Below, piece after piece: positions 1 to 10,118 of a DNA stretch of 32,000 nucleotides. The stretch's first letter is position 1, and each line of letters opens with the position of its first letter. The position numbers and the translations under genes are program-made. Under the pieces are notes generated by a model, which saw only the letters and a list, made by a program, of their open reading frames with translations, was not told where the DNA came from and did no database searches. The DNA is from Mycoplasmoides genitalium G37 (GTDB lineage Bacteria > Bacillota_I > Bacilli_A > Mycoplasmatales > Mycoplasmoidaceae). The stretch lies in NCBI RefSeq assembly GCF_000027325.1, contig NC_000908.2:390001-422000 (forward strand), written 5' to 3'.

Positions 1-1335
1 ACTCCCAAATTTATAGTCATGAATTGGTTCAGATTTACTTTCATAATGCACATCATCAGATGCAGTTTCACTATTACTATTAAGTTGAATGAATTCAGAA
101 TTTAATGAATCATTGTTAGTTGCATCTTTGTTGTTTTCAGAGTAAAGATTAGATTCAGAATTTAAGTCACTAGTTTCAACTACATCTTGTTTATTGAAAC
201 TACTTTCTAAAACTGGCTCCTTAGTTATTTCAGGTTTGAATTGATCGTTAACTTCGCTATTTACTTGATCAAACTGCTCAACTGTTGGTTGAGTTTCAAA
301 TGAAGAAGAAAAAGTTGTTTGGTCTTGTTGATCTGTATCAATTGGTAATTGGTAACTATCAACTACTTGGGCTTGTTTACTTTCAAAATCAGTAGTTACT
401 TTTTTTTCAGCAGTTGGTTGTATTTCCTCATTATTATCAAGATTAGCTTGAACTTGATCAAATCCAACTTGATAATTATTTTGTTCTTCAGCAACTGGTT
501 TGAGCTCTTCATGGTGATCAAAGTTGTACTGAACATGATCATCTAAAGAAGGTTGGTCAAGGGTTGGTTGAGGTAAATCACTGTCAAAGCTGTAGCTATC
601 AGTTGTTGATTCAGGTTGTTTTGCAAAATGATCATCTGAAGAAGGTTGGTCAACAACTGATTCAGGTTGTTTTACTTCTGGTGGTAGGTCGTTATCAAAA
701 CCATAGTTTTCATCAGTTGGTTGTTTTGCAAAATAATCATCTGAAGAAGGCTGGTCAACAACTGATTCAGGTTGTTTTACTTCTGGTGGTAGGTCGTTAT
801 CAAAACCATAGTTATCTTCAACTGATTCAGGTTGTTTTACTTCTGGTGGTAAATCGTTATCAAAACCATAGTTATCTTCAACTGATTCAGGTTGTTTTAC
901 TTCTGGTGGTAAATCACTGTCAAAACCATAGTTTTCATCAGTTGGTTGAGATTCTTTAGTGGAGATCCACTGGTCATTTTCAAAGTAACCAGATCAAACC
1001 CACTCACCATTTTCATCATAAGAACCATAGTCAGGGTTACCAACATACTTTAAATAATCATTCTCTTCTTGCTTTTCATCAAAAACAAACGGATTCCCAT
1101 TTTCATCAAAGAGTTGGGAGATATCATATTCAGTATCTCCATAAGGATCATAGTAAACCCCTGTTTCTTTGTTAAAAGCTATATAATAGCCATTACCATC
1201 AGCATCATATGCTACCTTAATATTAGGGTCTTCTTCAACAGTGGATTTACCATCATAAAGATCACCAAAAATGTTTTCAGGTTCGGTTTGGGTATAGTTT
1301 TTTTCTTCAAAAACCGATTGCTTGTTTTTAGCCAT
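1..1335 (-). CDS. hmw1: Cytadherence high molecular weight protein HMW1 (N-terminal 445 codons; runs off the left edge of the window)
   Basis: ATG at 1335; minus frame open to position 1 with TGA=Trp. N-terminus [29 protein letters not shown], aromatic/Gly-rich EAGR-like segment ([14 protein letters not shown]), then acidic Pro/Gln-rich repeats ([17 protein letters not shown]). Confidence 0.9.
761..940. repeat. Three near-identical 60-bp tandem repeats inside hmw1 (20 aa/unit, about [20 protein letters not shown]); a longer related unit (~105 bp spacing) lies at about 616-760
   Basis: Direct reading: 'actgattcaggttgttttacttctggtggt...' starts at 761, 821 and 881; 'ttgttttgcaaaat.atcatctgaagaagg.tggtcaacaactgattcagg' starts at about 616 and 721. 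Confidence 0.9.
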
Positions 1336-1394
1336 CAAGAAAAGTTATTTATGCCAGTTTAGTCAAGCTTGATTATAAAACTTATCGCTTCGCT

Positions 1395-2258
1395 CTAACT
1401 CTTCCATGAAAGCGTAAATAGTAATAAATAATTTTTTAAATTATTTTCCACAATCCCTATTAAAGGGTAAAACAAAGCTACATAGATAGGTAATAATAAC
1501 GCTTGCACCAATACTCTTGGTAAAAGAAAGAAATAAACCCCATACAAAACAAAGTTATTACTTGGTCTGCCATTATTAATAAAAGTAATAAACTCAATGG
1601 CAGCAATTGTCCCCAAAAGGATAGAAACAACTACTGACATTAAAACCATTAGAACCAAGCTATAAATAGTTAAAAGTGCTTGTTCTTTATTTCTCTTTTT
1701 TACATAAACAAACCCTAAAAATCCTTCTGTTACTAAAAAGAAAATAACAAAGCTAACTAAAGTTATGATTTGTAAAACAACAACATTAACACTAAGATCA
1801 GCAGTTTGAAAATTTTTTGTTCCAATTTGCTGAAACTCATTATTAGTTAGATAAAGTAAAAGCAGTGTTACACTAACAACAAAAAAAGTTACTAATAGTG
1901 TTTGTAACACCCAAAAATCAACCTTGTAATTACTGGCATTTTTTCTAACTAGATAAATCCCTTTAACTATGCCAGCAAGAAAAGCAAAGAGTGGCTTTTG
2001 CAATGCAAACATCCAAAACCACACATAACCCTTTGTTAACCAATCAATAGTATCAGATAAAAATCCAAAAATAAAACCCCAAATAGGACCAAAGATCCAT
2101 CCGAACAATGCAAAGGGAATCCTTAGAAAACTAATGCTTAATACATTAGTAACACTAATTGAAAAGATAGAAAAGATAAAGGTTAGTGCTAATAAAACAC
2201 TAGCTCAAACTAACAGTTGTAAACTCTTTAAAAGTCTCAACGGATAGTAAGGAAACAA
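1395..2258 (-). CDS. Conserved multi-pass membrane protein of the hmw operon (MG_313-like); 5' boundary uncertain, no in-frame ATG near the N-terminus
   Basis: Open minus frame ending in TAG at 1395-1397, hydrophobic throughout. The frame stays open upstream of the listed TTG (2108) to about 2345 with TGA=Trp. TTG at 2258 or 2240 are candidate starts. Confidence 0.7.
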
Positions 2259-2302
2259 AAAGTTTCAAAACAGTTTTTTAGATTGAAGCTTGAATGTGAA
2301 TT

Positions 2303-3634
2303 TTAACCAAAAATAGTAGGTGGGGGGATATCTAAAGTAGTTTTACTTTCATCACTAGTAATTGGTTTTGCCAATTCCTCTTGAAAGTACTTATTAAATA
2401 TCTCATTAGTTTGTTCTAAGTTTAATTTAGGACTTAATGAAAAAGCAATTACACTAATGATGCTAAAAGGAACAATGCTAAAAACAAACAATCAGGCGAT
2501 TCCTATCAGATAACTTGCAAATAATGGTGAAACACTAATTAGTTGGTTTTCACTAAATAAGCGGATGATTAAAGCTGCATTTCAAAAGCCACTTCTTACT
2601 ATATTACCAGGGATACAATTTAAAAAGACAAAGATAAAGATAGTCCAAAAGATCCATTTTATTCTTACCTTATAACGGTAGTTATCATTAATTTTGGGAA
2701 ACTCTTTGACCCCAAATTCACTACGTAAATACCGCATTGCTCTATTGGTTTGACCTCTAGTTGCAAAGCTATAGGGTTTACCCTGAAAAGCAAAGAAAAA
2801 AGAAGCACCACCAAAAGCCAGGAAGATCATGGTAATCAAGTTAGATGAACTTAAAGCAAAAAAGCGGTTTAGATTTGTTGTATCTGCATTACTTTGCTGA
2901 ACAGTATTTTGGTCATTATTAACATTGAAAAGTGGACTGTTCTTATCAACAAAGTGGGTAAAAAAGACATTGACCATCACAACGTATGCTATCGAAATGA
3001 AAAAGATGGCAATCATAGAGATGAAAATCGCTAGTTGTGCTCATTTAATCCACTGACTCTTAAACTGAAACTCAAAGATCTTACCAACTAGTTTTTCAGA
3101 GGTAAACCTACCAAAGGCACGATCTCTGGCACGAACTTGGAGGGTTTGTTGCAAAATATTATTCTCAAGTCCTGAGTTTAGCTGTTGAGAATTGTTTATA
3201 GTTTGAAAACTTGGGTTATCTTTAACTGTTTTATTGTTTTCTTGTAACTCACTAACGGGTTTAACTTGAGTTTCAGCAAGTTTGGTAAAGCTATTCAACT
3301 CTTTATTAAACAAGTTTTTAACAGCAACATTAAGATAATTAGCTAAATCTAACGCATCAGTTAGATCAAACTTAGCAGCTTTAAGTTCTTTTTCACTTAA
3401 TTGGTTTTGCCCTAATTGGATAAACTTATCATGAAAACTACCAAAAAGAAAGTGGTCTGGTTTTTTTGTTTTAACTCTTTTTTGTTTTTCCTCTAAAAAA
3501 TAAAGTAATTTGAGTTGTGCCAAAATTGTTTTGGCAAAATCACTATCAGTTTTTATCCTTGTTCTTAAAGTTTCGTTATTAAAAACAATGTCAAGATTAT
3601 TTTGTACCTTAGTTAGAATTTCACTAAACGTCAT
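2303..3634 (-). CDS. Conserved membrane protein, 443 aa (MG_314-like)
   Basis: Three ORF-track fragments (3041-3634, 2582-3016, 2303-2491) lie in one frame and join through TGA codons (e.g. 3041-3043). ATG at 3634, TAA at 2303-2305. Confidence 0.88.
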
Positions 3635-3657
3635 TTTGATAAGTAATTTTAGAGAGG

Positions 3658-4551
3658 TTAGTTAGTAAAAAAGCTTAAAGCAAAGTTTTTTAACAACGGA
3701 ATGGCAAAGCCATCATTGTGCTTTAATTTAATATCCAATTTTTGAATTGCATTAATTATATTTACTAAAACTTTGCTAGTAAAGTTATGGTACTGACTTT
3801 GAATAGCAATTAAGCGAAACTGATTAACATTTAGATTAATGTTAGTTAGTTGCTTTGGATTACAACTTTTAACCATCAATGCTAATAACAACTCCCCACT
3901 AAAAAATTCTAAAAATTGGGTGGCAAAATTTGGTTTTGTACTTGCCAATTCATCAATATATTTAAATGCCTTTACAATTTGTGAATTTGTTAGAGCTTTG
4001 GTTAATTTGTAAATTTGAACAGGTTGATAATCACAAATAACTGTTTCAACTAATTTGTTATCTTTGATTTCATTTTTACCTAACAAGCTAAGTTTGTTAA
4101 TTTCTTGGTAAATTACCCCCATATTTAAAGGTAAAGCATTCGCTAATCAATCAATTATTTCCAAATCAAGTTTTAAGTTAAGTTCTCTACAAACTTCACC
4201 AATTGCTTTATGCATTGATTTTCAATCCAATTTATCACAAAAAACAGTTGTGATTGATTTAATGGTTTTAATCCCACTAAAAGGATTGTCAGTATAAACA
4301 GTTAAAACTACATCAGTTGTTTTTAGTTTTTCTAAACACAAGTTTTCTTGTCTAGTTAAGCTTGTTTTTTCCAAAAAACTGCAATTATTGACAATAAACT
4401 TTTCATTATTAGAACCAAATAATGGTTGTGAAAAGAGATCATAAAGTTGCTTAAGATCTTTAAACCAAATAGTTTTATATGGAGAATTGCTTTTGATTTG
4501 ACTTAATTTTTGGTGAATTAGCCCAATATCTTGACCATAAATTATTGTCAT
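3658..4551 (-). CDS. holA: DNA polymerase III delta (HolA)-like protein, 297 aa
   Basis: Fragments 4222-4551 and 3658-4122 join through TGA. ATG at 4551, TAA at 3658. N-terminus MTIIYGQDIGLIHQKLSQI; family call is from recalled annotation and overall pattern. Confidence 0.7.
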
Positions 4552-5584
4552 AATAAGCTACTGTAAAAATAGTATATAAAAGTCCCAATAAGCCATAATA
4601 AACAAAAAAGAAAATCAGATTAGGTTTAGGTATTTGTAGAAAAACTGTTACTTTTAATGATCATTCACTTAGCATTTTAAGTGGGAGATAAATACCAAAA
4701 CTAGCTTGACCAAAAACACCAATAAAGGGTAAAATAATTCAACTAACACAAAAATAAAATAAGGCAATTGGGCTAAACAAAAGGTTAAACAAGACACTAA
4801 AAGCATTTAGTCTTGAATTTAAATACAAGCTTAAGGGGCTGATAACAATCAAGATTAAACTAGAACTGACAAGCGGTTTTAAAGCTTTTAATAACTTTAG
4901 TTTGTTGACAAATAACAATACAAAACAAGCTAGAAAAGAAAAATTAAAACCAAAGTTATTTAAAGCATGGTTACTAATAAGAATGATTAAAAGTGCAGTT
5001 AAACTTAAGTTATCTTCTGGTAACTGTTTTTTAAAAACCTGTTTTAACAGTGTTGAGATAAAAACTCTTAGTGCTGAAAAGGCAAATCCTACTAAAAACA
5101 GGTAAATCAATAAAACAGCAAAACCACTAAGTTTGTTTAAGTACCATCTTTTTCATAAAAACCGTTCCATTAAATTAAACAAGAAACTTAAGTGAAAACC
5201 ACTGATAACAAACAAATGGACAATGTTTAGTTTTAAAGCATTTTGGTACAAATTGTTTTTAGTGGTTTCATTAATTAAAAATAGTTTTAAATACTGATTT
5301 AACTCACCTTTAGTGGTCTGATCAATTCAATTAATGAAAGGGGTACGAATAAAGTTATTTTTAACAATTTGATTTATCTTGACTGCTGGAACAAAATAAC
5401 AAAAAGCAATAAAAAAACCAACAATTGTTAAGTTCAATAAACAAAACTTTCAGTCATACCAAAGACTAAAAAGCGTTATCAAAATGATCCAAATTGACAG
5501 TGCAACAAACTGTTCTTGTTGTACTAAAAAGAAGCCTGGGATAAAACTGAGTAAAACAAAAAAATAAAACAGCTTTGTTTGCAT
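4475..5584 (-). CDS. comEC: ComEC/Rec2-like competence channel-domain protein, 369 aa
   Basis: ATG at 5584 (MQTKLFYFFVLLSFIPGFFLVQQEQ...). Frame continuous through several TGA=Trp codons to TAA at 4475-4477. Contains polytopic segment ISNHALNNFGFNFSFLACFVLLF typical of ComEC 'Competence' domains. Confidence 0.8.
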
Positions 5585-5624
5585 GCTGTTTTATTAATAG
5601 ATTTATTTTGAACTTTTTAACAAA

Positions 5625-7424
5625 TTAAAAGTCCTTAGATCAATATGATCTTGATGGATAACGTCTAAGTCCATCATAGCTAGAACTAAATGGTAAACTA
5701 GTTCTTCTAAAACTTGATAGTCTTGTTGGTGAATGGAATGATGAACGGTATGAACTGATATTAGTTAATCTTCATGGTCTTCTTGTTAAGGGATAATAAC
5801 TACTTGGTGTTCTGCTAAAACGATAGTTAGAAATAGCATTATTTTGGAAATTAGTTGATCTTAATGGTGTGTAATTGTTGACTCTAGATTTTGGTGTGTA
5901 GTCAAAATCAAGAGAAAAACGATCACTAGTTAAACTTTGATTGGTATCGCTGTAAAGTGGATCACTGTATTTAGTTGCAACATACTCATTTTCAGGATAA
6001 AAACGGCTGAAATTGCTACTTTTTATAGTGTTATCACTCTTTAGAGCAATATCACTCATTATCCTTTGGTGGTTTAAAGCATTAATTTTCTCTAGAAGAG
6101 AAGCGTGGGAAGAGACACTAACAGTGATATCTGAATCAGTTGTGCGTTCAACTTGTCTAGGTTGAAAACCAGTGTCTAATTTTGATTGAAGTAAAGCTGC
6201 TGATCTTGGTACAACTTTAATTTGTAAACCTGAAGTTGGCAATGGTTGTTGGGGTTGATATTCAGTTTTTACTTCTGGTTTTCAGTGGTGAACTTCAACT
6301 TGAGGAGTTGATTCTACTTGAGGGATGTATTTTGTTTCAGGTTTTGGTTCAATTCTTGGTTCAACCATTTGAGCTTTCGGTTGAACTTCAACTTGAGGAA
6401 TATGTTTTATTACTTCTGGTTTTGATTCAATTCTTGGTTCAATCCTTTGAGGTTTTAAATCAACAACAGGTTTTGGTTGAACTTCAACATGTGGTACATG
6501 TTTTACTTCAGGTTGTTTAACTTCTGGTACTGAATCAACAACAGGTTTCACTTCTGGTTTTGGTTGAATTTCAACATGTGATACATGTTTCACTTCTGGT
6601 TTTGGTTCAATTTTGGGTTCAACTATTTGAGGTTTCGGTTGAACTTCAACTTGAGGAATATGTTTTACTTCAGGTTGAACTAACTTTGCTGGTTTATTAA
6701 CTAGTGGTGGTTTTAAAGAAGGGGAATTATTAAAACTATGGTTTTGAGATCCACTATCAACTTGAACGGGTTGTTGGTGGACTAAATCCTGATGGAGCTG
6801 TTGAGTAGGTGGCACTTCTTTTTCAACAAACTGGTCATCACCCAAGTTTTCTGTAGGTTGTTGGGGTTGATTTAAACTGTCATTTAATTCAAAGACATCA
6901 GGTTCACTTTCAGTTTCTAGAGTAGTGTGTTGAGCTGCTTTTGGTTGGTCATCAACTTCTATCTTAGGAAGACCTGCATCAATACTAGGATAATCTTGTT
7001 GGGTTGGTTGTTCTTGAGAAGTTTGAGTACTGCTTAAATAGTTAATTAAAGGGACCTTTTTCTCATCAGTATAGCTAGAAACATCCAAAACATTACCATT
7101 TTGGTCATAGAAAGTGTTGTTATCCTGATCATATTGAACAGTTACCAAGTTGTTCTTATCATCATAAGCATTTAAGCTAACAATGTTATTTGTAAAGCTA
7201 ATAGGGTTATCTGAAGTTAATTCAAACAAAGGATAGTTACTAGCTAACTGCTTTCTTTTTTCTAAAGAGAAGATATTACCTGATTCAGGATCTTGGTATA
7301 GAGCATGAACCTTATTTTTATGATCACGGGCATAAACAACACTAACATCAGGATATCTTTTGTTAATCTTTTTTAAAAGCTTGTTATAGGCTTTGTTTAT
7401 TTTAGCTTTCTGTTTATCGTTCAT
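5625..7424 (-). CDS. hmw3: Cytadherence high molecular weight protein HMW3, 599 aa
   Basis: ATG at 7424, TAA at 5625-5627, exactly 600 codons with TGA=Trp. Acidic N-terminus, long Pro/Glu/Lys/Val/His-rich repeats (VEVQPKPEVKHVPHVEVQPKP), tyrosine/serine-rich C-terminus. Confidence 0.93.
6240..6680. repeat. Imperfect short-period repeat array in hmw3 encoding (V/I)EVQPKP...IEPKPE...KHVPH motifs
   Basis: Repeated 'ttgaacttcaacttgaggaatatg' and 'acttctggttttggttgaa' type segments; recurring peptide motifs in the translated ORF. Confidence 0.8.
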
Positions 7425-7438
7425 AAAAAATTACTAAA

Positions 7439-8281
7439 TTAGGGTTTTAAACCGCCTTTTGGCATCAATTGTGATGGGTTAGGACGTTGTTGCATATTTG
7501 GATTAAACCCAGGGCGTTGTTGCATGTTTGGATTAAAGTTATTTGGTTGTGCAAATTGGTTAGGATGGGGTTGGTTAAATCCAGGGCGTTGCATGTTTGG
7601 GTTCATCCTTGGGTTGAAATTATTGTGTGGTTGGAACTGTTGGTTTGGTTGGTTAAAACCAGGGCGTTGTTGCATGTTTGGATTAAACCCAGGGCGCTGC
7701 ATGTTTGGGTTCATCCTTGGGTTGAAATTATTGTGTGGTTGGAACTGTTGGTTTGGTTGGTTAAAACCAGGGCGTTGTTGCATGTTTGGATTAAATGCAG
7801 GTCTTAAAAGCGGAACACGCTGTTGAAACTGTGGTTGAAGGGGTTGTTGAACTTGGGGTTGGGAAGGCTGAGCTTGGGATTGTTGAGGATCAATTTCAAC
7901 TGTTTGTTGTTCTTGTTGATCTGAGATTCTTTGTAATTGCTCAGCAATCTGTTCTTGGCGTTCCTTCTCTTCAAGTAAACGTTTTTCTTTGCGCTTTACA
8001 ATAGGTAAACCTATCGCAAGTCCAAGGATAATAGCTAAAGCACTAAAACCAAATGAACCTGCTACTGTAGGGATAAATCAGGGCTGTTCAACAATTGATC
8101 TGCCCTGAATTACAGTTGTATTATCTTCTGTTTGATGAAAAACAACCCCTAGTTCACTACCATTAGTTTTCACAACAAGTGCAAATGCTAGTAACGATAA
8201 ACTAACAATTAGGATTGTTGTAAAAAGTAAAGCAAGAACTATAAAAAGTTTTTTGTATCTCAAAAATCCATTTAACTCCAT
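7439..8281 (-). CDS. p32: P32 adhesin (orthologue of M. pneumoniae P30), 280 aa, proline-rich C-terminus
   Basis: ATG at 8281 ([23 protein letters not shown]), TAA at 7439; TM segment(s), then Met/Gln/Pro/Asn/Phe-rich repeats. Confidence 0.93.
7568..7783. repeat. Two 108-bp (36-aa) direct repeats in the P32 C-terminal domain: [36 protein letters not shown], with further partial copies to about 7470
   Basis: Repeat copies at 7676-7783 and 7568-7675 from the translated ORF; identical or nearly identical DNA strings visible. Confidence 0.88.
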
Positions 8282-8297
8282 CTTTATCAAAACTTAA

Positions 8298-8834
8298 TTA
8301 GTTCCTTTTTCTTCTTGATCTTGAATCATCATAATACTCTTCTTGTTCTTGCTTTTTCATGTTCCTTTTTCTTCTTTTAATTGAACGAGTGATTTTATTG
8401 AGAAAGAAGTTAACAATTAAAGTACCTATTAAACCACTAACAAATGCCATTCCTAGGGGAATTACATACTTAGTTAGATAAGGTGTAAACTGTTCAACAA
8501 ATCCAGGCAACTTAGCATTTTTCAAAAAATCTACATATCCTGGGATAGCATAAAATGCACTTTTTTCAGTTGGAAAACGGTTATCCAAACCATTACTTGA
8601 ACCTTCTAAAAGTTGTAATAAGCTACTTGTTTGAGCAGTTGCAGTTGCACCATTGTTTGAAGAGATGTTATCCAACGCTTCTTTTGAAAAGAACCTGTTG
8701 AAAACATCCATTGGTTGTGCTAACTCAAATGGGTTTAGAGAACCAAAGTAAAAGATAGCTAAGAAAAGATAAGCAAAGCCTACCAATACCAATAAAAGAA
8801 AGCAAAGCTTAAAGAGAAATCGAAACAAGCGCAT
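8298..8834 (-). CDS. Conserved membrane protein, 178 aa (MG_319-like), Lys/Arg-rich tail
   Basis: ATG at 8834, TAA at 8298; N-terminal and central TM helices; tail [25 protein letters not shown]. Confidence 0.85.
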
Positions 8835-8937
8835 TTGTATTAGTCAAAAATAAAACTACTCTGTGAATTTTAACTTTATTTAGTTAAGCAAATGGTTTAT
8901 GTAATTAATTAAATTAACTATAGAGCTTTAGAAAGCT

Positions 8938-9798
8938 CTAAACTCTAGAAAAATTTTTAGTAATTAGGATGATTCTTAGGATGAAATAGACCAAATTCAT
9001 GAAGCTGCTAATTAATCAAGCCCCAAAGAATAAAGCAGATCTTCAGCTCTGTCTTCTTGCCATTTCATAATCTTCACTTTCATAGTATTTAATCAAATCT
9101 TGTTCATTACGGATCTGTAAACTCACAAAATAAACTGAAATTAATGAAAAGATTCCCCCTACTATTAAAGATAAGCCAGGGATAATTCTATCAAGTAGGT
9201 TTGTTGTAGAAGCAAACACTGTAAAGTTCAAAATAAAGCTCAATAAGCTCGCTACAATACTAATTACAAAAGCCCATAATAAGATGTGAAACAAAGTTTG
9301 GGTTTGTTGATATCGCCTTTTTTGACTTGGTAGCGCACTTAATCCTCACACTGAACCAAACACCAAACTAGCACCTAAAAAAGCATAAACAATGTCATTA
9401 GCTTCAAAGTTAACTTGTTTTGAAAATGTCGTTGCTAAAGTTAATAAGATCCCAAGGGTTATCCCATAACTAATCACATCAGTAATGATTAAGGCCCAAA
9501 ACCATGTCAAACTAGTGTTGGGATTCCTTAATTTAAAAGCAGTAACAAAATAAAGAATTAAAGAGACAAAACTAGTAATAACTGCAATAGTACTAAGTGT
9601 TCTAAAATCACTAGCTAAATCAATTAGTGTGCTTCTTGAAAGCAATTGTTGTACTGTTAATGCAACAAGAAAGATAAAAAAGATCCCAAAAGCAGCTACC
9701 ATAAAAGTTAAACGGATTACAGAAAGCTGTTTTGTTTGTACAAACTGCTTTGCTGCTAAACCGTTTTGATCAATATAGCCTTTTGTTGAATTAATCAT
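8938..9798 (-). CDS. Conserved multi-pass membrane protein, 286 aa (MG_320-like)
   Basis: Fragments 9346-9798 and 9043-9294 join in frame through TGA (e.g. 9043-9045); TAG at 8938-8940. Confidence 0.85.
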
Positions 9799-9867
9799 GA
9801 CAATTTGACTTGTTAAATTTTAATTTGTCAATATAAAAAAACTAATAATTGCAAAATATATAGATAA

Positions 9868-9958
9868 GGATACTTACCCAAGTGGCTGAAGGGGTAGGCT
9901 TGGAAAGCTTATAGATGGGTAAAACCATGCGAGGGTTCGAATCCCTCAGTATCCGCCA
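9868..9958 (+). tRNA. tRNA-Ser(GGA)
   Basis: Acceptor GGATACT/AGTATCC, long variable arm, loop TTGGAAA, T-arm GAGGGTTCGAATCCCTC, encoded GCCA. Confidence 0.95.
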
Positions 9959-10048
9959 GGGAGATTTACCCAAGTGGCTGAAGGGGGCGCTCTCGAAAAG
10001 CGTTAGGTGGTTATCCACGCGTGGGTTCAAATCCCACAATCTCCGCCA
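9959..10048 (+). tRNA. tRNA-Ser(CGA)
   Basis: Acceptor GGAGATT/AATCTCC, loop CTCGAAA, long variable arm, T-arm GTGGGTTCAAATCCCAC, encoded GCCA. Confidence 0.95.
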
Positions 10049-10065
10049 AATTCTTAACTGTATAA

Positions 10066-10097
10066 ACAAAAAACACACCATTTTGGTGTGTTTTTTT
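10066..10097. terminator. Bidirectional intrinsic terminator between tRNA-Ser (+) and the lipoprotein gene (-)
   Basis: AAAAAACACACCA / TGGTGTGTTTTTTT inverted repeat with A-run on the left and T-run on the right. Confidence 0.85.
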
Positions 10098-10118
10098 ATG
10101 TCCATAAGTTAGTTGAAT

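Noticed and set aside
616-940. Possible CRISPR-like array
   Set aside because: Units are contiguous 60-bp coding repeats without unique spacers, in frame with hmw1.
564-959. Plus-strand 131-aa ORF ([21 protein letters not shown]...)
   Set aside because: It is the antisense shadow of the hmw1 tandem repeats; the minus strand is the true coding frame and the repeat period keeps all frames free of stops.
6236-6520. Plus-strand 94-aa ORF
   Set aside because: Antisense shadow of the HMW3 repeats; compositional bias only.
7487-7826. Two overlapping plus-strand Trp/Cys/Gly-rich ORFs
   Set aside because: Antisense artefacts of the P32 repeat domain.
9842-10112. ORFs at 9915-10112 (+) and 9842-10105 (-)
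   Set aside because: They lie across two confidently identified tRNA-Ser genes.
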